From assembly GCF_036321535.1 (NCBI RefSeq), contig NC_087437.1, positions 85,500,001 to 85,564,000 of the forward strand: a stretch of 64,000 nt of DNA. Reading direction: 5' to 3'. Every line of letters starts with the position of its first letter. Within the stretch, counting starts at the first letter, position 1. Made by a program: the position numbers and the translations under genes. This document shows, one piece after another, positions 27,511 through 40,765 of the stretch. The notes beneath the pieces are model-generated. The model made no database searches and was not told the DNA's origin. It worked only from the letters and a program-made list of their open reading frames with translations. This stretch comes from Camelus dromedarius (Eukaryota).

Positions 27511-30500
27511 GATGTCAAAAAACTAAGGTAACACTTATATGGGATAGGATAGGATAGACTATTCAGAAGTAATTACTTGGTAGATTGAGTTAAATAACCA
27601 GTCAATTATTTTGTTACAGAGATCTCAAAGGACCAATTGGATATTTTAATCAAACAGATAATAGATTATGTTGGTATCTAAAATAACAGAGTTGAATACT
27701 AAACTCTTGTTGCTTATATTTTAATCCAAGTAGATGTATTTTCTTCAATAGTTTTCTTTGGTACCTAAACTAGTTATAAGCTTATGACATTTTTATCTTT
27801 TATTACAACCATATATAAATGGATATTTTGAAAGAATACAATTTAAAAAAAATATTTCTAGTGACTGATTATTTCTAATTTTCTTCCTGGAGTTCAAAAA
27901 GATGATTAAAGCATTTTAAATAAGGTCAAATCATACTATATAACTGCCTGACATTGTTTTAAATAACTGGTAGGTGAAAGAATGATAAGGATTCTGCAAA
28001 GGAGAATCTTTTCAAAGATAATAATTAGATTTCTACCTGTTTTTAATTTACATACAAAATTTAGGTTTCACAACCAGTTCCAAGGGGAGGGATTCTGTTT
28101 CTTGATCTCCTTCTTCCCACATAAACACATTTTCTTACCTCTATCCAGCCAGGCATGAGCAGCAACAATGGCATAGTAAAGTGTGCTGGTACCAGGGATC
28201 CTAGCTGGTTATATATGAAATATGGTACCATACAGCCATCTTCTCATTAGCAAAAGTGCTTAGGAAAATTCTCTTGCTCATACCCCATTTTCTCTGGCAG
28301 CTGTGGTTCTGATACTCCAATAAACTTTGGCTTGCTAGTAGCAAATTTTGACCTTTGTGTTTCTGCAGATTACACTGCTCACGAGTCAGTGATAATAACG
28401 TTTTACTCTCCTTCAGTGCCTGGGGATTACTCATTGTGCATATTGTTTCTCTTCATTCCTCTTGAGCACCCGTAGCATCTTCTGCCCACTTAATTAACTC
28501 TTAATGCCAGGGAATCTGCTCCACACTCCTGACTTAGTATGCTTTAATAAAAATATGCTGGTAGCAAACTGGTATTTCTTAGATTACTTTTTTTCATAGA
28601 ATTAAGGATAACTTTCAATAATACTGTGTTAAAATATTTTACATTTACTAGCACATAAATTTATACTCAAGTTTATAATTTTTAATTATTTATGGATTTA
28701 TTTTGTTATATTTTAAAACTCTAACAATGTTTATGTATATAAAACTCTAGTGAAATATCTGATGTTACTAAATGTTATCCTAGATGAAAATATGACAGGA
28801 TTATCTCTAAACATAATAATATTTTAAAAGGGGCTCTTATGTTTGCATCACATTATGATCCAGTATTTAACAAAATAGAGATTAAATATGAATGTATAAA
28901 AATATGAAAGAATGCATCTAAAACTATAGTTCTCCTTTTTTCTCAAAACTAATAATTTTGTAAGAGTATGAAACAAAGAAAACCAAAGAAGTAAAGAAAA
29001 AAAAGACATTTTGGAGATATGCAATTTATCATTTAAAAATCTTTAAAAAACCCCAAACTACTGGGTAACAGAAACAGAAATCGTGAATTTATATCACTTA
29101 GAATGGATTTCTTTCAAACACCTTTTTAATCTCTCTCACTAAGGAAATAATCTGTTGCTTGATTTGGAGACAGTGATGTAGAATTTTATATAAATAAAAA
29201 GTCATAAATTTCTACATGTTCAGAGAAGTATAGTTTAAATCTAAATTGTATAAAAAACCTAGAGGCTGCATCACTCCTAAACTGGAAAACTCAGGAGAAG
29301 GGTTTCTGAGTGTGCGAGCCACCACGTCAGCCCGTCAGCCCTCGGAACACCACTAGGCAGTCCTCTGATGGAAGGAAAGGCAGTAACGGGCCATGGTCAC
29401 ACGGCACTCCTAGTTCCCTTAGAGAATGGGATCAATTCCCCTTACGTGATCAGGCCAGAGTGGGAAAAAAAAATCACTTTAGGGTCCTTTTTTTTGGATG
29501 AGGATGTCCCAGTGAACTGGGGACTTGCGGAGCACAGACAGTAAGCAGTTACTGAGCCTGTCCTGCAGTGGTAACTCCTTCAACAAATACATGAAAAGCA
29601 TAAAGTTTAGTCTCTGACTTTATGAACTTAACTTTCAAGAAAAAAAATAAATCCAAATCAAACAAGTATTCAAGTTCTAAAACGGGCAACAGAGAAACAT
29701 GATATATATATTGAAATAAAACATATATAATGAAAAATAAATTTAATCAGTCTTTAGATTGTTTCTTAGTCTTCAGATTTCACCTACTTGAAGCATAGTG
29801 ACAAAGCTTTAGAAAAAGAAACTATTTTCTGATTTTTTTTTGAAAATCACTAATTGGAAAGTACAATATGTGGAATGACATCTATTTTGCTTCTATCATT
29901 GAGCAATTAAGCCAAACACATACTCTATTAATCAAGTGAGCACGGAAGGAGTTGATCTCAGCAAGACCCTCTTTTCAGTCATCTGTCAGTTACTGTAAAT
30001 AGGAGTCCACTAGGAATTCAGCACACTGTGTATGCAAAGAAGGGCCTACCCACTGTGTTTTTGTGTGACTTTCCTTCCAAAGGGTGAAAAAGAGAAAGAT
30101 CACTTTCTATGCTATAATACAGCTCTCACTATTGGCACTTTGCAGACTTTCAGATTCATGAACAAGAAAGGGAGATTTTATTTAGAACAGAAAATAAAAA
30201 CTGGCTTTCAATTTTGCCAGAGGTGAAAAGTGAAATTATTGATTTATAAAGTAGAAAAAGAATGATTCAACATGAAAGGCCAAAGAAAACTATGACTCAG
30301 AAATTAGATCAAACACTATCTTCGAATACTGATTATATTCAAATATATTTGCACTGTGATAAGCTAATATAAAAATGTATTTAATAGAAATTAAATGTGT
30401 ACAAAATATCATTATAACAAATTAATAAGAACAATTTCTCCTTTTGAGCATTTCTTCTATGTCACTATTTCCCAAAATAAGATTCCAAAGGGTACTTATT

Positions 30501-33500
30501 TCAAAGCAATTGTAGAAGTCTTTGCAGAAAGAGAGGAGATGGAGTGAGGGAGGGAGGAAGGCAGAAGAGAGAGACATACGGAAGGAAAGAATTAACTAAA
30601 TAAGAAAGAGAAAAACTAATGAATGTTTGACAATCAAGCAATGTAGTCTATGAAGTTAGTGTTTTCTACTAAATAAGACAAAATGTACAGTACCTTGGAT
30701 GCTACTGTAGACATAGTTATGACCCCACAAATACTTATTGATTTGTTGACTTAGGGTAGAATGCCTCAATTTGCTTTTCCATGAAAAACTGGCATTGGAG
30801 ATATTCCATGAGATTTGTGCACTGCCATCCAAAGAAAAGTGTTCTTTGTTCAATAGAAATGACTTCATCTATTTGCTTTAATTAATTCTCTATCTCTAAT
30901 TCCAAGAACTGGGCTTGGCGTATAGTAGCTGGCCAAAAAATTATTCAATGAATGAATCTATTAAACTTAGAAAATTAAATGTGGTAAATATCTTTTCTAG
31001 AAACACAACATCTTAGAAGCATATATCTGTAAATTACATCTTTGGAACTCAGGTGCCCACGAACATGTCTTTATTTCACATAATGTTCCAATTCTTAGTC
31101 TTCATATGACCTAGATGACAAAGCAGTGCATCTCAGAGGATCTCTCCTTATTTAGGATCATATTATGATTCAGGATTCTTTTTGCATGATCCTAAAGTAT
31201 TTGATGTGGAGGTAGAGCATGCAGACCTCTGCCTTGAGTCCCCATTGGCTCTGAGGTGTCTGTTGTCCCTGTCTGTCCACTTGCCCTCCAGGTCTAGTGG
31301 GTCCTGCTGCTCCTGTGCAATCTCTTGTCCTGCACAGTGGCTCATCCTGATTTTAATATCAGGAGAGACCTAGAAGTTGAAATTTAGGTGGAAGAGAAAT
31401 GCCAATGAACTAGAGGCTGGGTTTGCATAGCTAGCACGTTGTTTCTATTTGAATTGTCTGTTACATGGCTGGGCTTTAAGGGAGCTGATGGAAATTATAA
31501 TGGAGTCACTAACAGCAGGCCCAGGCCTCTCTGAAGCCACTCCTCCATGTTGCTACTAACTCTCCACAGTGCTGGTGGCTCAAAACCTTCCGGTATTCCC
31601 TTGCGTTGGTTACTGCCAAGTAAACTTTTGGGAGAACTGTGATTCCATCTCTCTAGATTCATCATACTCTGTGGTGGAGTTTTGACACTTTGCTAAACAT
31701 GAAAAAAAAATATTCTTGGCTGTTGTAATCTAAAGCTTCTCATTCTAGACAAAGCAAGTAGAACTACCACACTATTCATCATCCACTCTCCTAGGTTATG
31801 TTCACTTACCTTAAACTTAAGTTCTTATCTAATTTTAGAGAAAACCTCTACCTTAGGAGGGAGCAAGTCCAATTGGTCACAAAGGCTTTTTTTTTTTTCC
31901 TTTTGGCTCAAATTGAACAATTCTGTTGCAACTTTTCTACAGCTGTTATTCAGACATTCTTTGTATATGTCATTCTCTTTCTGCCAAAATAATTTTCCTT
32001 GAGCTCCTGACTCTGATTACTCATGCTTGACCTCCTGAATTTTATTTTTTCAGAGTGTTCTGATCATATCTATATTATCTGGCCTATGGGATCTTTGCCC
32101 TGCATAGAAGTTGCCTATGAACTAGCTTGATATTGCTTCCAAGATTTCTTGTTTTTTCAAACCTGAAATGGACCTCTAAGATTCTTTAGCAGTTGTTCCT
32201 ACCACCCTCTATTCCCTCATTTATCTAAACCCAAAATACCTGTTCAGCCAAAAACAAACAAAAGAAACACATTTTTCTTTTTTTCCCATGCATTATTGCA
32301 TGCCAGTACCTCAAACTTAGTCTCATACTGTATTCTAACATTTAAAACAATACCTAGTGCAGAATAGGCTTTTAATAAATATTTCTTTAAGAAAGGAATA
32401 CATGATTGAATGAATGAACAAATGGGTGTGAAACATAAAATTAGGGCTTATTATAGCAGAGGCTGTCAGATCTGGCAGCTCCTGGATCACTACAGAGAGA
32501 TATACTCAATAGTATATCTGAGAGAGTAGGAGTCATGAATAGGATGAATCAACTAATCATGGAGGTATTTTCATATTTTGAAATCCAGAAATGGAACCAG
32601 ATGTTCTTCTCTGAGGAACCTAAACTTAATTTGAAAAGATTGGAGGCAGGTGTTCTGTAAGGCATGTCATCTGGGAAGAGGCATCCTGGGATGAGCAGAC
32701 TAGATACGGAGGAAGGAAGAGAGATAAGTTTGGGTTTGCTTGTCCATTTGTTCATTTCTAATGCTGTGATATTATAGCATTTAAAGTCAGATGCTGCAGA
32801 ACAAGAGCTATTTGTCTATTAATGAAGACCTTACTTTTGGATATTCAACTCCTGGTCTTCAAACACTACTGCCCCTAAACAGAGAATAATCCACAATTTT
32901 GACATTAATTGTCATCTCCTACCCTTGACCACCAAACATGCCAAACACTCATATCTCTGACATTTTCCCCCTCATGATCAAAAGCCATGATTACTTTGGA
33001 TGATAATTTTGATAATGTGTGAAATAAAGAAGATGCTCAATGAAGTAGATGTACTTTTTTCCTAATTGATGTAAATTAGTCTTCACTTACCTCAAAATTT
33101 AGCACTTTTTGTACAGTTTCTCCAATTCTTCCTAATATATTCCTTTTCTTTTCAATAATTGATGTAAAACAGTGGAATATCTTTTCTCTGATGAAAAATG
33201 AGGATCCAAGATGAAAAACACTGCAGCAAAAATTATGAAAATTATATTTGATACAGGATAGGTTATGAAATATTAATAATAAAGTTTGACTCTTATTTTT
33301 GAATATTTGAACCATGAGTTGTTCACACAGTAAGACTTGCAAAAATAATTATAAAAACATATAAAATCTGTCAATAACTACAATATTTTCCTACAAAATA
33401 CATTTTGTAAAAATTAATTTTCTAACATCTGTGTAGTACTTACTGAATTTTTCAAGTGAGGAAGTTTGGTATTTTTGGTATGTTTTATGTACATTTATTT

Positions 33501-36500
33501 TATTTAAAGAAATAGAAGCAGCATGTATTCATCTGTCATGCAATTTTTTTTCAGTTTTATTACATAGAATTATTACAGTTGGACTGCACATATACATTTT
33601 ATTGCCATGCAATTTTTTTAAATCAAGAATTTTACATAGTTTCAAACATTAAGTAGAATAAAACATTTACAAAAAGTTCTATATTTGTGTGATTCAAATA
33701 TTATAATTAAAACAGAAATTTTGCCTCATCTCAGAAATGATATTTTATAATCAGAAAAACAGTATTACACCTTGAACATGAACTAAATTGAAACTCTATC
33801 AGGTAACTTAATAGCTAAAAATATTTCTCCATTAATACTCAGTTAAATTTTAGAAATGCACCTTATGATTTAATAAAATGCTGTTTTATCTGGAATAGCT
33901 ACCAAAGAATATTAGTAGGAAGAATAGAATATAAAAAGAAATGTAAATATTGTAAAATAGAACTTTTGACCTAATTCCTATAACCTCCCTATGGTCCCTG
34001 TATACATAGGATTGAAAAAAGTGTAATAACACGATTTTTAAAAATATTCTTAAAATATTCTTTGAGATAAGTTGAAAAAAGAATAATAACTATTTGCTGA
34101 TTTTACCAATAAATACACCCTTCTTTTATTTTATCTGCTGTCCTGAGAATAAAAAGCACATTTATTTTGTATAGGCCTGGCTTTATGAATAGATGGGACA
34201 GGTGATAGGAGTCGAGGGACTTTTTGAGGCAGGTCAATACCCGCAAAATACTCTGGTCAAATCCAGATGCTACCCGTGGAATCCTGTAAGTTCTCTTCTA
34301 TGAGGTTCTTCTATAAAATATACACATTTATAGATTTTTTAATAATAATATATAGTAGTACAAATCATACAAATAATGGTGATTGTGATGACAGTGGTTA
34401 ACACAAGTAACAGTGACAGTGCTTTGAGTGAGGTCCTAGTCATATAATTTCAGCTGTGTGATCTTATCTATAATTCTTGACACCCAGATTTCCTTAGTTC
34501 TGGTCCATTTTCCTAAAGAACTGCAGCATTCCCATGAATTCTCAGCACTTCTTGATATATTTACAATTAAGTTTCTGCTTACGGTATCAGAATTTGTTTC
34601 CATTGCTTGCCACCAGGAATCTTTATTTGATAATTCGTTTCCTTAATATCTTAAGATTACATGTCCAAAACCTTCATTTTACACATAGTCTGAAGTAACA
34701 AAAGTTTAAAAGCTCTCATGATAGTAATTGAGGTAGTGACTGACAAGGAGGTTAAATTTCCTTGTTAATTCAAAATGGTATCAGAATTTGGGATCATGAA
34801 TTTTCTTAAGTATTTATTTAATCATTTATTTATTCATCAGAAAATAAGTGTAAAACTAACAATACACAAAAAAGTTCACTGTATGTTTTGGGGTAAATAC
34901 TAATATGCATATAAGCACACATTATTATGTAAAAAAGTGTGCATGTTTTGTACATATATTGATGATATTGTCCAAAATAAAAACATTTGTGTAGGATGGA
35001 GATAATTTAAAAATCATATTATATTTTTTTCTGTTTTCCACACTAAACAAAAATTGCTTTAAAATCAGAAAAAAAAGTTTTTATAAAATTAAATTGGTGC
35101 ATGATCCAGTCACGATAGTTTTAAAAAGTAAGCTATGGTTGTACCATTGTATGTCATATATTTTAGCGAGAAAGAGAGAGAGGGAGGGAGGGCGGGCAGG
35201 GGAGAGAGAGAGAAAAAGAAACAAGAAACTGATACAAAGTGACTTTTTTAAAAATGTAGGCAAATAAAGTATACTATTTAAGCATTCTCAGAGGAAAATA
35301 ATCCTTCTTTCTGTAGTAGAAAAGAAGCTTCAGAGAGAAGGAAATATTTTCATTCTCCCTGGAAGAAGGTAAAGTGAAGCTACATGTCTTCAGAGAATGG
35401 GATGTGATGAGTGTCAGGTGTGTTGGAAGAAGTGGGAAAACAGAAGACTAGGAAAGAAAATTAGCAGGTTATGCCTTAGAGAGATCACTCTCTAATTTCC
35501 TTTCCCAGTCTTCCAAAAAGAAATCTCAACTTTGTTCTAAATTGCATTAAAATATTTTGAATGAAATGAATCCTTTTTTTAACAAAGCAAGAACAGCTTT
35601 TGACACATAACAGATTCTAGAGAGAATTTTCTTGATTCCAGTAATTTTATTTTGACAGTTAATTTCTATTAATGACAATTGGTATTGAGTCTATATTTCT
35701 TTGAAAATAAACTTGTTGAATTGTAAAAAGTTAGTGATGTTAAGTTATTGCTGTAAGCACAATGTTAAATAACAGCATAGCTGGTACAGAGATTTGGTAA
35801 AATAACAAAGGCTTTGTGATATCAGCTATGACTTGGGAAGTTTAAAAGTAATGAAGTAATTGAACAATCTGAGGTTTTAAATTGGAAAACTACTTCCCCA
35901 CATTTACTTAGGCAATTCAATTTCTTTAAATTAAGCCATATATTTTAAGTAAGTTGTTAATGTTTTTCCTCTGTAATCATAATGGTGATTGAAGACGTGT
36001 GGTGTAGTGGAAAGAGAAGCAGTCATGGACTCAAGGTCTCTATTCTCTCTGAATATTTCTGAATATTTATCAAGCTTAGTTCTGTCATTCACTTTATTAT
36101 AAAACTTTCAGTAAGTCCCTCCACATCTTATAATTTCTTCCTCCCTTCAGACTTTTACTTTTCTTCAAAAGGATCCCCTTAAAAGCATATTGATAAATGA
36201 AGGCACTTGGATCTGTGTCATTAATTTTCAGACCATGTTCTTGAAATTTACAAAGATTCTATGATGGTAGAGATGGAGGGGTTAGCAACAAGGATAAAGG
36301 ACTTTTCTTTTCCACCTCCTCCACTCCGTTTCAACTTGAACAGTTCCACTATTTATGCATTTTCATGATTTTATTAGATGAAAGTGGCCTGGACTTAAAT
36401 TTGAAAACTTTGGATTAGGTTTTCCCGAAAGTCTTAGCCAACTTTAAAGAGGGGGAGTACACTCTGTTGACTCCATGTCCCTGTTCTGCTATTTTCAACT

Positions 36501-37314
36501 ATTAAATCTTATAAAATGTATCTGTGCCGTTGGTGTAATTAGGATAATGTGCTATAGAATTTGAATGACTGCAGCATATATACTCACCCTAATGTATGTA
36601 GGTTTATTTCTTTAGAAAAGAAGACACCACAGGTCACTCTAAACTGTTTTTCTTGTAGATACCACAATTTGTTCCTGGGAAGTGACTGCAGAGCTGCCTA
36701 GTGAAATAGACTTTCCCATAAAATCGGAGACAAACTGTGTGTAGTTCATACCAAAAGGTTATTTGTTTTTTCCTCAGATTTTTCATGTAGGACAAAAAAA
36801 AAAAAAAAAATTCATTCATTCCAAAGTCTCATGATCAGTAATAGAAGCAATTGAAACAGATTCAGATTCACTTTCCAGAGGTTTTAAAAAATAATAAAAT
36901 GTACTCTGGCACATCTGCAGAACAAATCTACTTAAACTCAATAGGGCACTTATCTCTTTTTCTTCCCCCGAGGCAATACTGTTGGTTATTGAGTAGAAGA
37001 GCTGATAGCAATTACCTTCGTATTAAAATGACAAAATTTAGCTTCTAAAAGGGTTAGAGGACTTGGATATGAAAGAAAAAAAAAGATTTAAAAACCCAGA
37101 GACACAATACAAAGCCATTAACCATTCATTTCTGAACACAGGAGAAGTTAAAGATGCATTAAAGAATCTGGTTGTAGGTTTTACTGTCATTTATGGCAGG
37201 TAGCTAGGGGAACAGCAAGATTTTGATTTCGATTTAACTTTTTATGAATAATAATATTTTTCAGATAAAAATATATTTATGGAATGTAACTATTTAGTAA
37301 AGTCTTCAAATTTT

Positions 37315-40200
37315 CCTTAAATAGACTTTATTTTTAAAGTTTTAAAGTTTAAAAAAATGAGAAGATGGTACAAAGAACTCACATATACCCCCTCAGTGAG
37401 TTTCCCTGTTATTAATGTCTTACATTAGTGTGTATGCTTGTTACAATTAGTGAAACAATATCATTATTATTATTATACTACTATTACATTACTATTAGTA
37501 CACTACTACAACCTTTATTCAGATTACCTTAGTTTTTATCTAAAATCTTTTTTTGTTCTTAAGTACCATGTTGCATTTACTTGACGTATCTCCTTAGGAT
37601 TTTCTTGTCTGACAGTTCTTCAGAAGTTCCTGATTTTGAGTGGGAGTTAGCAGAATTTTGCAGCATTCCCTCTATTGGAATTTGCTTGCTGTTTTTCTCA
37701 TGGTCAGACTAGGTTTAAGATTTACTGGGAAGAAGACCACAACTGTAAAGTATCATTTTTTGCCACATCATATCAAGAATAAATACTACCAACATGATTT
37801 ATCACTGTTGGTATTGACCTTGATCAGCTGGCTGGGATAGTGTTTGTCAGGTTTGTCCACTGCAAGGTTACTCTTTTTCTTTCCATGTTTTCATACTATG
37901 CTCTTTCGAAGGAAGGTACCATGCACAGCTCACACTTAGAAGAGTGGGGATGTGTGCATCTCCTCCTTGAGGGTGAAGTATCTATATAAATTACATGGAA
38001 TTATTCCACAAGAAAGATTTGGGTTTTTTCCAGTTATTTATTTATAAGATTATTTGTTCACATCAGTATGAACCCATAGATACTTATACTTTGAATTATA
38101 ATGCAATACTATTTTATCTTCTTGCTTAAACTGTCCAAATTTTGGCCACTAGGAACTCCAATTGGTCCTTATTTCCCTTTGACATAATCCTACATATACA
38201 GGTATTTTTTTCTTATTGAGCATTTCTTTAATTTCTGACAATGCAAGATGCTCCAGGTTCATCTTGTATTGTTCCTGTCCCAGTTTTAGAATCACATTTT
38301 TCTAAGAACCTCTGACTCCTTTTTCTGAACAGTAGTAATAAAAAACAAGATATGTGCATAGGTGTCCACACTGCTACTGGATGTTGATGCTATTCCCAGG
38401 CTCTCTTAGTGACACAGCAAGGAAATACACGTGTGTATACTAAACTGAATATATATACACATCTATAAATATTGATATGTAACTGTATGTATCTTTTTGA
38501 GCTAACCGTGAGGTCAGACTGTCTCCAGCTACAATCCATTACCCCAGGAATCATTCTAGCCTCATCCACTTGCTTATCTGCAAACTCTCAAACTTGAGAG
38601 AGCTGACTCCTACAATCTGCCACCCATTTACTTATAGTTGTTCATTTCCAGTACACATGTATAGCAGTGACCGGACTGTTAGCTTGTGGACCCCTGGAAA
38701 ACAGCCCTTTCAACCATAGTACAATGCTTCTTGGCAGCTCCTTTGCTTTTAGTCTTACAGATTCCACTTGTTTACAGAGTTTCTCTAGGGCTGCATCTTT
38801 CCCCATCCCCTTTGGTGAGATTGTTTCATGCATTTGTAATGCAGTTAGATTGTTTTGTCACATTCTTTTTTTTTTCATTTTCACATTCTTTTTCATTATA
38901 GGTTATAACAAGGTATTGAATGTAATTCCCTGTGCTATCCAGAAGAAACTTGTTGTTTATCTATTTTATATATAGTAGTTAGCATCTGCAAATCTCAAAC
39001 TCCCAATTTATCCCTTCCCATCACATTCTGAGCTCTATCCTGTGAACTTCTACCTCCTAAAGGATTTTTTAAAATTTGCATACATTAAGGCATAATCCAT
39101 AAAGTTTCATGAGTTTTGAAAATGCATAATGTCATGTATCCATCATCACTGTATCATACAGAAAAGATTTGTCAACTAAGAATGAATCCCCTGTGCTTTA
39201 CATCCCCACCTTCTCCAGAGTCTCCAGGAATCACAAATTTTTATTGTCTCTAAGTTATGCCTTTTACAAAGTCCCATATATTTGGAATTACATCATACAT
39301 AGAATTTTCAGACTGGCTTTTAAACTTTGAAATATGCATTTAGGTGCATCTATGCTTTTTCATGATAGTTCATGTCTTTCATTGCTGAATAATATACTAC
39401 TGTATGAACGTACCACACTTTATTTCTTCTTTCTCCTATTGAAGGACATCCTGGTTGCTTTCAATGGTTTGTATTTAGGAATAAAGCTTCTATAAACATT
39501 CCCATGCAGGACATAAGTTTTTTTTTTGCAGACATTTTAAGTTTTTAAATGTTTTAAGTGAATGCCTAGGAACATGAGTACAAGACTGTATGGTAAGATT
39601 GTTTACTTTTGCAAGAAATTACCAAATTGTCTTCAAAATTGGTGGGGCTATTTTGCATTCCCTTACTCACCATTTTCCTCAGCAATTGGTATTGGCCGGC
39701 ATGATAGGCAGAATAATTGCCTTATAATCTTTTTGAGATAAAGCTCTCATAAAATCTTTTATATTGGAGAGTAGGCCTTTGTTGTGAAAAACATATTGAG
39801 TGTATTTTGTGATGGTTACTGTTTCCAGCCTTTTGCCTCTGATTTTCCCTTGACTCTTTATCTTGAAAATCTGGCTGGGTTTCTGGAAATAAATCCGTGA
39901 AAGTGTGGGGACCTCCTAAGACTAGGACCTCCAGAAGTTTCTCACTTTCATCCTAATCATTGGAATAATTCTGTGGGAGGAATTCCTGTCATGCATTCCT
40001 ATCTGGCTTCCAGTCCAAGTTGGCTGATCTCGGCTGTGATTTCATGTCTTTGCCTGTCAGATTTCTGGTGGCGATCTGCACTGCAACCTCAGTTCTCTGA
40101 TGGGTAAGAAAGGTTGTTAATTTTCAGTCTGTTCAGCTTCTACCTTGTGGTAAGGATAGAAGTGGCTACTTCTGATCTTTTAATGTGGGAAAACTAGAAT
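37315..40200 (-). mobile_element. Old L1 (L1MC/L1MD-like): long 3' UTR, ORF2 end and a 5'-end remnant
   Basis: Antisense L1 motifs 'cctattgaaggacatcctggttgctttc', 'ttaccaaattgtcttcaaaattggtggggctattttgcattccc'; long 3' UTR 37315-39400; 39780-40200 resembles an L1M 5' end. Confidence 0.8.
38866..39025 (-). mobile_element. Short younger L1 3' end nested in the older L1
   Basis: Poly-T then reverse complement of 'gggataaattgggagtttgagatt..ataaacaacaag..atagcacagggaa..ttataacctataatgaaaa', as at 56510-56635. Confidence 0.85.
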
Positions 40201-40599
40201 AGAGGTTGGCTTCAAATATTTCCTTTTGTTGTTAATTTGTAATGCATTTTCTGATGTTCTTGGTCACTGTTGTCCATTGAATCTTTTTATTTCTCACAAA
40301 ATCTCTCTCATATCTACTACTAAATCTTGCCCCTTTTCAAACACATAAAGCCATGAATCTTCCAACACATCTTCACGTCATTTTCAGTATAAAGTGCCCT
40401 GAGTTATTCCCTAGATTAATCACTTAATATCCTTATTTCCTAATTTCTAAAAATAAAGGGTATACTAGTTCATAAAACTATGCTAGATTATCTGTTAACT
40501 TCCGTCCATTGCTAATATTCTGTGTAAAGTTGTATACAAAGCAAAGTCTTGAAAATGAAATTGCAGATTGAATCTTTTAAGGGAGTAAGTCTCTAAATA

Positions 40600-40765
40600 C
40601 AGTTTTTACTAATCTAACAGCATCTGCATTTTCTGGGAACTTTTTAGAAATGCAAATTCTTGGACTCCATACATGAACTAAGGAATCTGAAATTCTGCAG
40701 GGGGGACCCAGGATTTGTGTTTTTACAAGCCCACCAGGTGATTCAGCTACATTTGAGAACCACTG
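40600..40765. mobile_element. MER5A-like hAT-Charlie DNA transposon
   Basis: 'ttagaaatgcaaattcttgg', 'aatctgaaattctg', 'acaagcccaccaggtgattc', terminal 'tttgagaaccactg'. Confidence 0.85.
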
